Assembly: GCA_973895155.1 (NCBI GenBank) | Contig: OZ316891.1 | Span: forward strand, 14,105,037 to 14,169,036 | Length of the DNA: 64,000 nucleotides | DNA from: Marsupella aquatica | Lineage: Eukaryota > Plantae > Marchantiophyta | Direction: 5' to 3' | Part shown: one piece after another, positions 1 to 12,615 of the stretch | Position numbering within the stretch: position 1 is the stretch's first letter | Layout: each line of letters opens with the position of its first letter | The notes under the pieces: generated by a model | What the model saw: only the letters and a program-made list of their open reading frames with translations | Told to the model about the DNA's origin: nothing | The model's database searches: none | Position numbers and translations under genes: made by a program

Positions 1-1810
1 TAGTGCAACCAGGTGGCTAGGATTTGACAACACTTAAGCTAAATCCAGTGATGGTAGAAATGATTATTAGATATGCTTAGTAGACCCCCTTCTGGAAAAG
101 TTTGCTTAATCAACTTGATACTTTTCCTCAATCTGAACCGTTGATGGACTTTCGATCTCAGCTTTGGGTTGTTGATAGACCTCAGGGGGTCGATCAAATA
201 ACAAATTTCATTTCGGGGATCGATCAAGCAAATAACTTGGTTGAAAAATAAATTACTTTTCAACTGATTAAAAAACTCTTAAATGCATCACATTATCATG
301 TCATGTAAATAAACTCAGAATAATAAAGAGAGAAACCAGGGCAAAGTGTGTAGTTATTAATGCAAAATTACTAGTATTATCCAAGAAAATAGAATCAATA
401 GTTAAGGCTAATGATTGAGAAAATTGAAACCATATTATACAGACATTCCTAAATAAATCCAGAGTTCATCGGGCATAATTGTGTCTAATTCTGGTCGGAA
501 TCAAAAGTTAGAACAAAATACTGTTACAAGAACAATTTTATCTTTGTTGATGTAGATGTTTTTATGTCCAGGCGATGATTAAGGGCCTTGGGTGTGAATG
601 AAGATCTCTCGGTCAATTCTACCAGTCTCTTGAGTCAGATGAAACAAATCTAAAACAATCTGAGCCTATCTCTATCATTTCAATAAATAAAAAATTTAAC
701 GCAAAAATTTAAGGGGTTGATTAAACCTCAAGAAATATAAATTACTAAAATGACTTGAAGGGGGTTCCTCTTCATTTCTAATGAATAAGAAAAACAGCGG
801 CAGAACCCTCATAGTGTAAATTATAACTAAAAAATCAGCATTATGTGCATGCCAGGTGGAGTCTTATATGTACACTGTCGGAAATAATTTGTATGATGAC
901 GTCATAATGAGAGAGTTCTTAGTGTATTATAGTTGTTTAGATTATCTCTACCGAAAAGTGCTTATTCCAATCCCAATCACTACATTAAGCCGCCATTTTG
1001 TTTGTGAACTTAATAAGTGCTTATTAGTCTATATTTGGACTGATTTTCCAATGCATTCAATTCTTGGGCTCGAAGAACTGAATGAATATCTGTAGTCTAC
1101 CAGTATTCTGGTCCACGTCTCCAGATCCTGCTTGCTCCTCCAATAATGTCCCCCGTGGAAACAGTCTTCTAGGCAGGCCCACTCAGGTCGCTGAGAAATT
1201 CCCTGTCATGAATGTACCTTTTAATCTGTAAATGCTTTTTGGCCTGAAAGGCCAATTTTGATGTTTTGCATAATCAAAAGAGCTTTAAAGTTGTTAAACA
1301 GGTACGGATGGATAAGACTAACAAAACTCCCGTGCACACGAGCACGCCCATGCCCCCATCAATAACCAAAGCTGAGCGCTGAACTGAATGATGACAGCAG
1401 AGCCCCGATACAGTAAAAGGCACAGTAAGTTAGCTTTCTAGGAACAAGACTGTGGTGCTGTCTGACGCGAGCCAAGCAGCCCATTCTCCCAGGTACCGAA
1501 GCCAACTGGCGGTCCTTAATCGGCCGGCCAAGGTCACCTCACTGCCAAGCGATCAAGAGAGTCCTGTACCGTCTGAATTTCGAAACATGGACTCATTGGC
1601 GAGTACCAGATCCGCCATGGAATCCGGTCCCGCCACGGAACTTGAGAATCCATCGAGTCGAAGGTGCAATCCAAATTATAAGACTGTCCACTTTGCTCTT
1701 AAGTGAAATCAATTCTTACAAACCATTTAAACTTTTCTATGTCAGTCAGAAATTAGTCAGAGCTCAATCGATCAAATAATCACCAGCGCGGACTCCACTT
1801 TGACTCCTAA

Positions 1811-2368
1811 GGAGGACTTTACAAGACGTCCGGGGCACTTGGGAGTTTTTTTTACCAAAGCAAACTGGAGGGCCATTGCACACACTAAATATAGTGTCCC
1901 AGGGCTAAAAGCATTTTTTGAAACCTTCTATTGCCCCCAAGATCTTGTAAAGCCAAGTGCAGCCAATGGTGCCAGAATAATTGACTAAAAGACAGACTGA
2001 GGACCCACTCCACCTGAATGGCACTTAATCTTTGGCTAAAGTCTTTGTAAATGTGAGAAGAGAATATCTTATGAAGGACTTGTGGGTCCCTTTTTATTAC
2101 AAATGACTTAAAATAGAAATGGACCAAGCGGCCAGAAGAAGAGACCGCCAAGAGAGGTGGTCTAAAATCTAGGACAAAAGAGTGCTCCACATAAGCAAAA
2201 ATTGGGCTCCACTGCATTCCATGTAGGATTGGTAACAGGTTCGGTTGAAAGTGCCCCCGAGGTTTTGTAAAGTGAACAGCAGCAATTTCTCTCAAATGGA
2301 TGGCCTTGATCAGATCTTGGACACCAAAAAAATGTGGAAACTGCCCCCAACGTCTTGTAAAGCCACCC
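1811..2368. mobile_element. Tourist-like (PIF/Harbinger) MITE, 558 bp
   Basis: Imperfect TIRs GGAGGACTTTACAAGACG.. / ..CGTCTTGTAAAGCCACCC (~27 bp), flanked by TAA at 1808-1810 and TAA at 2369-2371; no coding capacity. Confidence 0.7.
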
Positions 2369-2769
2369 TAACATTATCCTACTTGAGTTTGTCTGACTAC
2401 TCTTTGTAGAGCTCTCCTTCCATCTAGAACAACACAGTTGTAATTGGCCATTCCTAATTTGAACTCCAATTGCTTAGCTGTGATAGGCTAATTCTGTTCA
2501 CACCTTTGAACTCAAGTTCATCAAATGCTCCCTGGAGTGCAAAACAGTTCAGTTCACTCTATATCAAGTATCATGCTACTTAATACGCACAGTAGTAGGT
2601 AGCTTGTACATACAAGATAACAAAAATATCATCCCTTAACCAAAAATCTGGGATGAAGCTTGCACCAAATCTTACAGCCCTTCCAATGTATTTCAATGAA
2701 CACAAGTCTTTGCAAATCAGATCATAACAACAAATTCTTGTTTAGAGAACATCCTGCGCTGCACATAAA

Positions 2770-3065
2770 CCACAACCTGGGATAGAGATCTTTAATTTTC
2801 TCCCACTGTCTGATGGATGTAACAGTTGAGGGTCTCAGACCTCAAAACTTAATGTACCTTAACTACTAGCTGAAGGTTATGGACCAAAAAAAAATTTATG
2901 AACTATCAAATGCAGAATCTATAACTTTTGCCATAAAGAAAGATCATTCCCCACAACATTAGATCAGTATAAGGGTTATTAAAAAAACAAGGGAACTTTT
3001 ACAAAGAGCTGTGAAAACAGTTACAGCCATTTCAAAGGTGATCACCACTAACAATGAAGCTTTAA
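2770..3065 (+). repeat. Dispersed repeat, copy 1 (second copy at ~22690-22985)
   Basis: GAGGGTCTCAGACCTCAAAACTTAATGTACCTTAACTAC...ATAACTTTTGCCATAAA aligns by eye with GAGGTCTCAAACCTCAAAACTTGATGTACACTAACTAC...ATAACTTTTTGCCATAAA at ~22738-22845; ends approximate. Confidence 0.55.
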
Positions 3066-4399
3066 GTCGCCTTATTTTGTCACCAGGGTATGGAGGTTTT
3101 GACAGGCTGATTGGGGGTGTGCACACCTTTGACTCACTTTACCAAGTTCCAGATAGTTTCCAGGCCGAGGGACACTACAACTGGCGTGTATTGCTCTCCT
3201 ACCATACAACACTAAACTAATTGAACACACAATTGATACATGGACAGTACAGTGCCCTAGTGCCATCCTTGTTCAAACAGGGCTTATGCAAAGTACTAAT
3301 TTTTTCTTATTCCACATTCCAATATCATTCTCTTAATTTATTCCCATCACTATTTCATCAATCCATTCCAAATTTGTTATAATTATTTATTTCCTCATGA
3401 ACCTGGATGGCAGTCCGATAGTAGCGTACACCTACACCGGGGTACCCGTCAACTCCAGATGGTACAAAATTTGCCTCCTGATACACCATTAAGATGGTTT
3501 GAAAGAAAGGTTGTATGACTGTAACAATTGCTGCACACGGTCACGGGGGGAGTAATGAGGCCATCCTTCCCGTCAGGCGTATTCCCTTCCTCGTCAAGCT
3601 GGACGGACGTTTCAAACAAGGAGGATACATTGATTTAAGGTCCATCAACTATCAATGTCTCTCTATTTTGTAACGAGTAAATATAATTAGTCATCTCAAA
3701 GCTAAAGGGCCACAAAACAATTCCCTGCATCGGAGTATGAGCTTTGCATTTTAGTCACAAGTGATAAAACCTTGTATTTGCAAGTCCAAGACTGAGCTAA
3801 AACCAAGAGGTTTGAGATGCCCCAATATAGATGAACCCGTTGCTTGTCCACCACACAATATTGTTGATAGTAGGTGATGTTGACTGGAAGTGTTGTCAAA
3901 CAGACGTGAGATGACCAGATAGTCATTATATAAGTGAACTTGGCAACTGGAGATCAAGGAGTGTGATGGACTGGGCATGGAAAAGGTGGGATTGTGACAC
4001 CTTGGTCCATTCAAGTCTATCTCCAGTTTAAGAAACAAATGTCATTAGAATGTAATGACAAAGGTGGGTTTGCGCCAACCGACCATGAAAGACAAAGGGT
4101 GTCATTTGATATTATAGTATTAGGTGTGTAAATGTTATAGTTGACAGCTTAGTTATATATACAATAGTTACAAAGGGCAAAAAACACCAAACTAGGAGAC
4201 ATGATCCTAAAGGCAATGCAAACCAATGAAGAAGCAGACCAATGATGAAACTGAACCAAAACCAAACTAGGAGACATGATCCCAAACCAAAAGCCAACAA
4301 AATAACAAAGACATAAATAAGTAACCTACAAAGAAGTCAAGAAGACTACATCCCTACTGAGCAAAGAATTAAAATGCCTGAGTAATAAAACTCCGGAGT

Positions 4400-6536
4400 A
4401 AACCATGTAGGAGGCTCATAGAGTGGAGCATGTCAAGAGACCCTAAAACCAACTGCCTTGGCCCTAGAAAGGAGGGAGAAAGCATGGGTCCGCTAAAGAG
4501 CAACAGAAACAAGTGGGAAAGGTCTCATTTAAATACAAATAATTGCATAGGCCCAAAGGAACTGGTCGAAGGTAGGATGTAGCACCAAAAACCTTCAGAG
4601 CAAAGGGTCAAATCCCCCGGATAGCGGACTACATAGGCCTCCTCCTTGAGTCGTGCTGCCTTGGCTGCAGCATGGCCGGGCACATGGGCTGCAACTGTGA
4701 CATGGCTCCCTTCTATAGGATCAGCGACAACTACATCCCCAAGAGCACAAACTGGAGCCCTAGAAATACCAGATCAGCCCGCTGCCCGTCAGGAAGAACA
4801 TCCCAAGGGGGAAGCACATGTCATTCCTCCATGTAGCAACAAGGTAGCCAGAGTACCGGGCAATGGCAACCACCACATCACAAATGTCATCGTGTGATAG
4901 TCCTCTTGCTTCCATGGTCGCACCTGAGGATATGAACTCCCAACAAATCCAACACCCCATAGACAGAAGTGGGTTGGCAAGAAGGCAGGGGCAAGGAAGT
5001 CCTAGCCAAAGGTACAATGAAGTGGTAAAGAGAAACAAGCTCAAACAAAAGGGGTCCCACAAAGAACTCGCAAACAGCCAAGCTCTGGAACCCGTTCTCA
5101 AGCAAGAAATTGTCGAGCCCAAATCAAGTCAGAAGGTGTATCATGGAGCATGTTGGAAAGGGTGTGAAGGTGCATGCGGTTGGAAATCACCTGCTGGACA
5201 TGGTCAGGACTATTTAAAACCACCTCCATGAAATTAGGATCAGCGACCTACACAAGCTCAGGCAAAATTGAACAGGTCTGGTGAAGGCGAACCTGAAAGG
5301 GGAGGAACCCCCCCCCCCCCCCTCAATCCCCATGACGTGGTAGAAGAGGATAGGCTGACAATCCACAATGAAACTAGATGAAAGGGCACACAGGGACCAC
5401 CTGAGCCCAACTCCCAAGGAGCGTGCAAGCGGCAATGGAAACGGCCTAGGAAATACCCATGTGACCACCAGAAGGCTGCAAAGCGGCCTGCCAAGCAGCA
5501 AAAGAACCATCCTCATGTCAAGGCTCTAGGGCCAATAAGGTGTCTGAAGGTTCCCATCGCAAAACTGTCAAACAATGAGAGCAAGGACAAAAACAAAGGA
5601 GTGGGTGGTACTATCCAAAAGAAATACGAAGGGTGCCAAACAAAGCTCTAGACCAAAATCATAAAAGCAATCTGAAAGCTGCCAAGGTCCACCAACTGTT
5701 CGTTGCAAAGAACAAATGTTCTAAGATAATGTTGCTTGCAAAAACTCACAAACTAAACCATCCTCCCCAAATGGGACCCGCGGACCCAAATGCCCCCTCA
5801 AAAAGGAGGACACCAAGGGGAGAAAGAATCCGGGAGAGGATGCGGAGATCATACGCTGCCCTTCCGAGACTGCACTAAAAGGCCACGAAGCGCCAAGATG
5901 TCAACAATGTTGAGATAAGCATCACCTAAGATGGAGATGAGCCCCGCCAGCGGGCCCGCCAGATGAGTATCTTCGGCAATGGATGGAAACATGCACCAGG
6001 GAAAGGTAACCAAAGAGGATTGGAGAGCACCCATAAGTGTTCAAACATCATCCCCACAAGGCCAGCAGCCAGAAGGTGACTGAAATGAAGGAAAACTGTT
6101 CAAAATTAAAATAGCTCTGGACAAGGAAAACTCAAACTCAGGTACAAAGCTCCCCACAAAGCCAAGCACCTCAACGGACGATGGGGAATGAAGGGACCAA
6201 AAAGTCGCAATGGTCTCCTCAAAAGAAGGGGCAGGCAAGAGCGCACAACCCTAGAGTACTCACCAGCCTATCCCAACATGTGGCAATACCAAAGGTGCTG
6301 AATAGGAGGGACCTGGGGCACCATTGGGGAACCAACAGTCTGAGAAGCGGGACATGGTGGACCATGAGGCAGGGTCCCATAAGGCAGTGCAAGAACGGCA
6401 ATGCCGGTCCACACCGGACGGTTGTTACCAATGGCGAAAAGCATGGCACTGAACCCAAGCATAGGAAGGGGAGGAGGGAGGGATGGAGGGCGGATGACGG
6501 CGGACAGAGGGACAGATTGGAGGAGGGTGAAATGCA
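4400..6536 (-). pseudogene. Decayed non-LTR retrotransposon with restriction-like endonuclease (CRE/R2-like clade), interrupted by the copia insertion; its probable 5' part continues at ~13042-13790
   Basis: Minus-strand fragments in several frames, in the expected order: EETIATFWSLHSP, GM-M-FEHL (RT N-terminal motif), FPSIAEDTHLAGP (RT DD motif, degenerate), GVPFG-like, LGLP..LDLLGVHILRCDHG..HDDICDVV (CCHC finger/RH motif), DVVVADP..AAAKAARLKEEAY (PD-(D/E)xK region). Many stops and frameshifts; boundaries approximate. Confidence 0.65.
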
Positions 6537-6541
6537 GGGGG

Positions 6542-6962
6542 TGTTGGGTATTTACTCTTACGTCTAGGTTAGGTATGACGTGGTTGGTACAACAACATGG
6601 GTTGGTACAACTACGTGGTTAGGTACAACTACGTGATTAGGTACAACTATGTGGTTAGGTACAACTACGTGATTAGGTACAACTATGTGGTTAGGTACAA
6701 CTAAGTTGCACACTATATCATAAGAGGCATGTGTGCTTGGAGAGGTAGAACCAAGGCTCATTGTTATGGAGCCACTTGATAGATAGGGAGAGCTTACACT
6801 GTGGAGACTCGGTATAGCCGACGGGCTTAGAGTTCAGTAAAGCTCTCTTGTGTGTTCCCGTGGACGTAGCCTCAAGGAGGTGAACCACGTATCTCTTGTG
6901 TCGACTATTGTGCGTTGGATGGTTCATGGGCTTGCCGTTGCGATCGTCGTCTATGCTCAACA
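6542..6962 (+). repeat. 5' LTR of copia element 1
   Basis: TGTTGGGTAT...GCTCAACA; 4 substitutions seen relative to the 3' LTR. Confidence 0.96.
6578..6702 (+). repeat. 18-bp tandem repeat (7 units) in LTR U3; also at 12652-12776
   Basis: Unit A(C/T)GTG(G/A)TTAGGTACAACT repeated in both LTRs. Confidence 0.9.
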
Positions 6963-6964
6963 AT

Positions 6965-6976
6965 TGGTATCAGAGC
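6965..6976 (+). promoter_or_regulatory. Primer binding site (tRNA-iMet)
   Basis: TGGTATCAGAGC 2 nt after the 5' LTR, the canonical plant copia PBS. Confidence 0.92.
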
Positions 6977-8293
6977 ATGCTTGGGAGGTGACGTGTGTTC
7001 GTGACGGGATTTCATGACGGTTTTTCCAGCGTTGAGTGTTGGTGGATTTTCCAGAGTTCCATCGCATGGAACTTGGAGTTTATGGGCTCAACGGATAGAT
7101 CAGGGCAAGAGCTTTCTAACGATGTGAAGAAATCATTGAACGGAGCTCGTGGTGCAGAGAGATCTAAGTTTTCGTCGTTCTGGATTTTGTGAAGAAAGTT
7201 GGCAATCGACTCGGAGGGAGAAGCGTCAAGTGTTTTGACTCAACGGAGAGATTGAGGCAAGACGATTGTTTTTGAGTCCGGGATTGGCTCTTTGATGCAA
7301 AGAGGAAGGCTAAGCAAAATCAATTACCTTGTTGGACTTGGTGACGGCACCAAGTGCAATTGATCAACATTCGTTGTTGACAAGGTACCATTTTTTCTCT
7401 TTGAAAAACTGATTCGAAATTGGCTATGGCAATTGAGAGAAATCTGTCATCTTTACCAATTTTTTTCTCCCTCGTTCTTTCCTCGTTTTGGGTGCTTCTT
7501 ATATCGATCTTCATCGCCTCGGAGTCTAGTTTCCAAATCTGAAATCGGATCTTGATTTCGTCAAAACCCGAGTGAGATATCTTGCGTTTGGTGTCAAGGG
7601 GTACATTCTGTCGTGTGTATTTTCTGCGCGCGCGACCAGATTTCAACGACGAAGGGTGGTAGGGGGTTTTGGGGGTTTGAGGACACATGTCAGCCCCTCG
7701 ATTGTTCTTCCAAAATTCCCACAGGGCCTGTACAAGGGTCATAGAATATTCCAAAAAAACCAGAGAGCTATTTTTTGACCGTCCGACAAAGATTTCATCC
7801 GCCGAACGGTAACTTTTTTGGTTATTTTTCGGCGAGGTCGTAGCCATTGAAGTTGGCAATGCAGCGCACCAATCACATCGCAATTCCGACAACGGGTTGT
7901 ACTTGGTATTTCGGTTATTCCCTGAGGTGGTCAAAACGGGGGAGTTTCCCAAGGTTTTACCCACCTCGACCGAAATTTGAATAACTTTTCCGTCAAATTT
8001 CAATTTTGATTTTGGTTTTCAGTATTGGACTCCTAGCTTTGTGGGCTATGCGGCGGTGTTGAGTTTCGAGTTTTTTGAGAAGTTGTGAAAAACAACATTT
8101 TTTGTGACTTTCTCATATGAGTGATTCGGAGGAGTTTTTCGAAGACGTGGAACTTGAAGCACGAGGATCACCGCGGAGGTTTCAGGGGCAGAGAGAGGAG
8201 TAGGAGGAAGAGCACGTGACACCGATACCATCACTGGTGCGGCGTGTGGTGGAGGAAGCAGTACTACTACCGGAGCTCACGGTAAAGAAGAAG

Positions 8294-9151
8294 ATGGGGA
8301 CTTTCAAGCTTGGGGGACCCAAGTATGAAGTGACAAAGTATGATGGGCGCTCTGACTACTTGCTATGGGAGAAGCAGGTGAAGGGAGTGCTTTATGCGTC
8401 AGGGATGGGCCAACTGCTGAGCCCTCGTGAAGACGATGTTGATGAGAAACAATGGGACCGCATGCAGGAGCAGGGAGTGTGGTGTGTTACACTCTATCTC
8501 ATGCCTCCCATCATCAAGCAGTTAGGTGCACATAAGGATTGCATGTCCTTGTTTGCGGAATTGCAGAGCAAGTATCACCGCAAGGAGTTGTCGAACCGGC
8601 TCTACACTTCCTACAAACTGATGAGTTTTAGGATGAAGGAATCTGGTACGAAGTTGCAAGACCATGTGGATGCTTTCAACGACATGGTCGTTGACTTGGA
8701 AAACCTTGGGGAGACTTTGAATGATGAGACGAAGGCTCTGCAGCTTCTTAGTTCATTGCCTCCATCTTACCAGTCCCTATCACGAGTGTTGTTGCATCGT
8801 GATAGGGATACCATTTCATACAATGACGTGGTAAGTTCTCTGCTTAGTGATGATCTTCAGCAGAAGATGCACATCACGTCACAGCCTTCATCATCTGGTG
8901 CTGCCCTCAATGTTAACCGTGGGAGGAGTATGCAGCGACCAACTAGGGACCGTAGAACCCAGTTTAGATCTAAATCCAGATCTAAGTCCAAGGGTAAATC
9001 CCCTCAGAGGAGGCAGGTGACATGTTGGAAGTGCAACCAAGTTGGACACTTCAAGCGAGACTGTAAGGGAAAGGCAGCGGAAACTTCATCGGCAAATGTG
9101 GCTAGGGCTGATGGAGAAGCTGATTTACTCAATGATGAGTATGTTTTATGA
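8294..9151 (+). CDS. gag: Copia Gag (UBN2-type capsid + CCHC zinc knuckle)
   Basis: MGTFKLGGPKYEVTKYDGRSDYLLW..., LLSSLPPSY, CWKCNQVGHFKRDC; ends at TGA 9149-9151. Confidence 0.9.
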   Translation: MGTFKLGGPKYEVTKYDGRSDYLLWEKQVKGVLYASGMGQLLSPREDDVDEKQWDRMQEQGVWCVTLYLMPPIIKQLGAHKDCMSLFAELQSKYHRKELSNRLYTSYKLMSFRMKESGTKLQDHVDAFNDMVVDLENLGETLNDETKALQLLSSLPPSYQSLSRVLLHRDRDTISYNDVVSSLLSDDLQQKMHITSQPSSSGAALNVNRGRSMQRPTRDRRTQFRSKSRSKSKGKSPQRRQVTCWKCNQVGHFKRDCKGKAAETSSANVARADGEADLLNDEYVL

Positions 9152-12100
9152 AGCCGGGGGTATGCCCTGTGCACGTCATCTAGGAGAGCAGATGATGTGT
9201 GGATTCTTGATTGTGCTTGCTCTTTTCATATTTGTTACATTCGTGAGTTTTTCAGTTCTTACTCTGTTTCAAACGGTTCAGTTCTGATGGGAAATGATCA
9301 CTCCTGCCAATTGAGGGAATTGGGTCTGTGAAGATTCAAATGTTTGATGGCGCTGTGCGCATAGTGTTCGGAGTCAGGTATGTACCTGGCATGCGTAAGA
9401 ATCTGATTTCACTCGGTGTGTTGGATTCAAATGGTCATCAATGGAGCGTTATTGATGGTGAACTTCAAGTCAGGTCGGGAGAGACAGTGATTTTGAAAGG
9501 GAGTAGACAAAAGAATTTGTATGTGTTATAGGGCAATACTGTATGTGGAGAGGCCAATGTAACCAAGTCTCACGAGGAGATGACTCAACTGTGGCATTCA
9601 CGGCTAGGCCACATGAGTGAGAAGGGTTTGGCTATCTTACGGAAGAATGGACTCATTTCTGATTTGCAATCTTGTAAATTAGAGTTTTGTGAGCATTGCA
9701 TTCTTGGAAAGCAGCATCGTCGTGCTTTTGGTGTTGGAACTCATCGTTCCAAAGCGGTTCTTGAGTACATACATAGTGACGTGTGGGGTCCATCCCCGAC
9801 TCCCTCACACTCTGGAAAGTTGTACTATGTATCATTTATTGATGATTACTCAAGATTTGTGTGGATTTATTTCATGACGCATAAGTCTGATGTCTTGTCT
9901 ATTTTTAAGAAGTGGAAGGCCCAGGTGGAGAATCAGACTGGAAACACGATCAAGTGTTTGGATACAAGGGTGAAGAGTCTGAGGTCAGACAACGGCGGGG
10001 AGTACACTTCAATGGAATTTGAAAAGTACTGTTCAGAACAGGGGATAACTCGCCATCTCACCACAGTTTATACTCCGCAGCAGAATGGTGTCGCTGAGAG
10101 GCTCAATCGGACACTGTTGGAGCGGTCACGGAGTATGTTGAGCCAATCAGGTTTACCACAAGAATTTTGGGCAGAAGCTGTCAATACCGCAGCTTATTTG
10201 GTAAATCTTTCTCCTTCTAGTGCTATCAATTTCAAAACGCCGTTTGAGATGCGCTATAAGCGGCAAGCAGACTATCATGGCTTGGTAATTTTTTGGAAGT
10301 GATGCATATGCTCTCACACCAAAGCAGAATAGGACCAAGTTGGATCCTACCTCCAGGAAATGTGTTTTTCTTGGGTACCAGAGTGGTGTGAAAGCCTATA
10401 GGCTATGGGATCCTATTGCCTGTAAGCTCGTTGTCAGTAGGGATGTTTCCTTCAATGAATCCAGATTATTGAAGGAGGGGGAGAATACTCAGGTCTCCCG
10501 TACTGACAAAGGAAAATCTCCTATCCCGGATCTCGTTGAGGGGGAGATTGGTTATGAGATGCATGACCGGAGAGAAGGAGTTGCTCCAATTATGGAGCTG
10601 GTTCCTATGCCAGAGGAACCAGAGGAGTTTGTTGATGCTGGTGAGCAACAAGTGGATGCTGTTGAGCTTCAAATTGTACCAGCACACGCAGATCAACCGG
10701 AGTCATCGGCTAGAAGAACATCTGGTCGCACTGTACGCGCTCCATCAAGGTATGGACAGTGGGTTGATTCATCTCAACTGCAAGAGGATGATTTTACAGC
10801 TGATGATGAGGGTGATGCGTTAATTTTGGAAGAAGGAGAACCTTCTTCATTTCATGAGGCAAGTGCTTCAAAAGAGAAGCAGAAGTGGACTACAGCAATG
10901 CAAACGGAGATGCAGTCACTAAAGGACAACAAAACTTGGGAGCTTGTTAAGCTGCCTAAGGGTCAGCAAGTGGTGGACAGCAAGTGGATTTACAAGCTGA
11001 AGGATAATTCCATAGGAGGTGGATCAAAGGTCTACAAGGCTAGATTGGTAGCAAAGGGATTCACACAAGAGAAAGGTGTGGATTATAATGAGGTCTTCTC
11101 ACCAGTTGCTAAGTACTCTACAATACGACTATTGTGTGTACTTGTTGTAATGTTTGGTCTGCTCCTAGATCAGATGGATGTTGTCACAGCTTTCCTCTAT
11201 GGCACATTGGAAGAGGTGATCTTCATGAGACAACCGCTAGGTTTTGTGAAGAGAGGACAGGAGGAATTGGTTTGCAGATTGCTGAAATCCTTGTATGGGT
11301 TGAAGCAATCACCAAGACAGTGGAACAAGCGGTTTGACGATTGGATTCGGTCACAAGGTTTTCACAGAAGTGTATTTGACCCTTGTGTGTATTTGAAACC
11401 GGTGAAGAATGTTGTCTTTGGGTTCATTGTTTTAGTACTTTATGTGGATGACATGCTAATTGCAGCCAAGGATAGGTCTGAGATTGTTAAGCTCAAGGCA
11501 CTGCTTAGTGCAGAGTTTAAGATGAAGGACTTAGGGCCAGCTAAGAGGATTTTGGGTATGGAGATCACTGGGGACTTGGAGGCTGGCAAGCTATGGTTGA
11601 CGCAAAGCAGTTATGCGAGGAAGGTAATTGCAAGGTTCAACATGGAGAATAGCAAGCCAGTAAGTACCCCGTTGGCTCCACACTTCAAGTTATCATCAGC
11701 GTTCTGTCCTACGGATGACACAGAGAAGGGGTTGATGTCAAAGGTTCTATATGACAAGGCAGTGGGGAGTCTCATGTATTTGATGACTTGCACTAGACCT
11801 GATCTTGCCATGGCTATGGGCAAGGTGAGCAGGTACATGTCGAATCCAGGGAAGGTACACTGGGAAGCAGTGAAGTGGATTATCAGGTACTTGAAGGGTA
11901 CCGTGGATCATGGTCTTTTATTTGATGCGAATGCAAAGAATGCTAGATCATTGATTGGCTATGTAGATTCTGACTATGGACAAGATTTGGACCGAAGGAG
12001 ATCAACAACAGGATACGTGTTCACACTTGGCGGTGGATGCATAAGTTGGAGGTCTACTTTGCAGAAGTGTATTGCTCAGTCTACTACAGAAGCGGAGTAT

Positions 12101-12424
12101 GTTGCAGCTGCGGAAGCAGCAAAGGAAGCGATTTGGTTGGATAGACTTATCACTGAAATGGGATTGCCACAGGGGAATGTGAAGCTCCATTGTGATAGTC
12201 AAAGTGCGCTCCACCTTGCTGTGAACCAGGTGATGGACAGCAGAGTGAAGCACATTGACGTCAGGTACCATTTTATCAGGCAGGCTGTGTCTGATAATTT
12301 GTTTGAGCTAGTCAAGATTGATGGTAAACTCAACCCGGCTGACGCATTTACCAAAGTGATTCCTTTGGAGAGTTTCTCTAGATACCGTGACGTATTGCAG
12401 GTTTTGCAATTGCATCACAAGTAG
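9152..12424 (+). pseudogene. pol: Copia Pol (protease, integrase, RT, RNase H) with disabling lesions
   Basis: WILDCACSFH (PR), LWHSRLGHMS..CEHC, HSDVWGP, RSDNGGEY, QQNGVAER (IN), LYVDDML (RT), GYVDSDY..KHIDVRYHF (RH). Frameshift near 9308, TAG at 9529-9531, frameshift in the T-run near 10290-10295. Confidence 0.93.
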
Positions 12425-12604
12425 AGTTTTCTTAAACATTCATTGTAATTACTGATATATGCTCTTCCTCATTCCTATGTATTAGGCTACGGCTTAGTTC
12501 TGGTTTGCTCTAGTTAGAGAGGGAAACCGGTTTGGTTTCTGTCCAGAACTTCCCGTTGAGGGATCATATACATTGGCAGTATTACTCTCCCCTAGACCAG
12601 AGTC

Positions 12605-12614
12605 AAGGGGAAGA
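12605..12614 (+). promoter_or_regulatory. Polypurine tract
   Basis: AAGGGGAAGA immediately before the 3' LTR. Confidence 0.85.
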
Positions 12615-12615
12615 T

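Noticed and set aside
6578-6702. Regular 18-bp repeats as a CRISPR array or a VVPNH repeat protein (ORFs 6564-6761, 12638-12835)
   Set aside because: No unique spacers; the array lies inside both LTRs of a eukaryotic retrotransposon, and the ORFs are by-products of the repeat.
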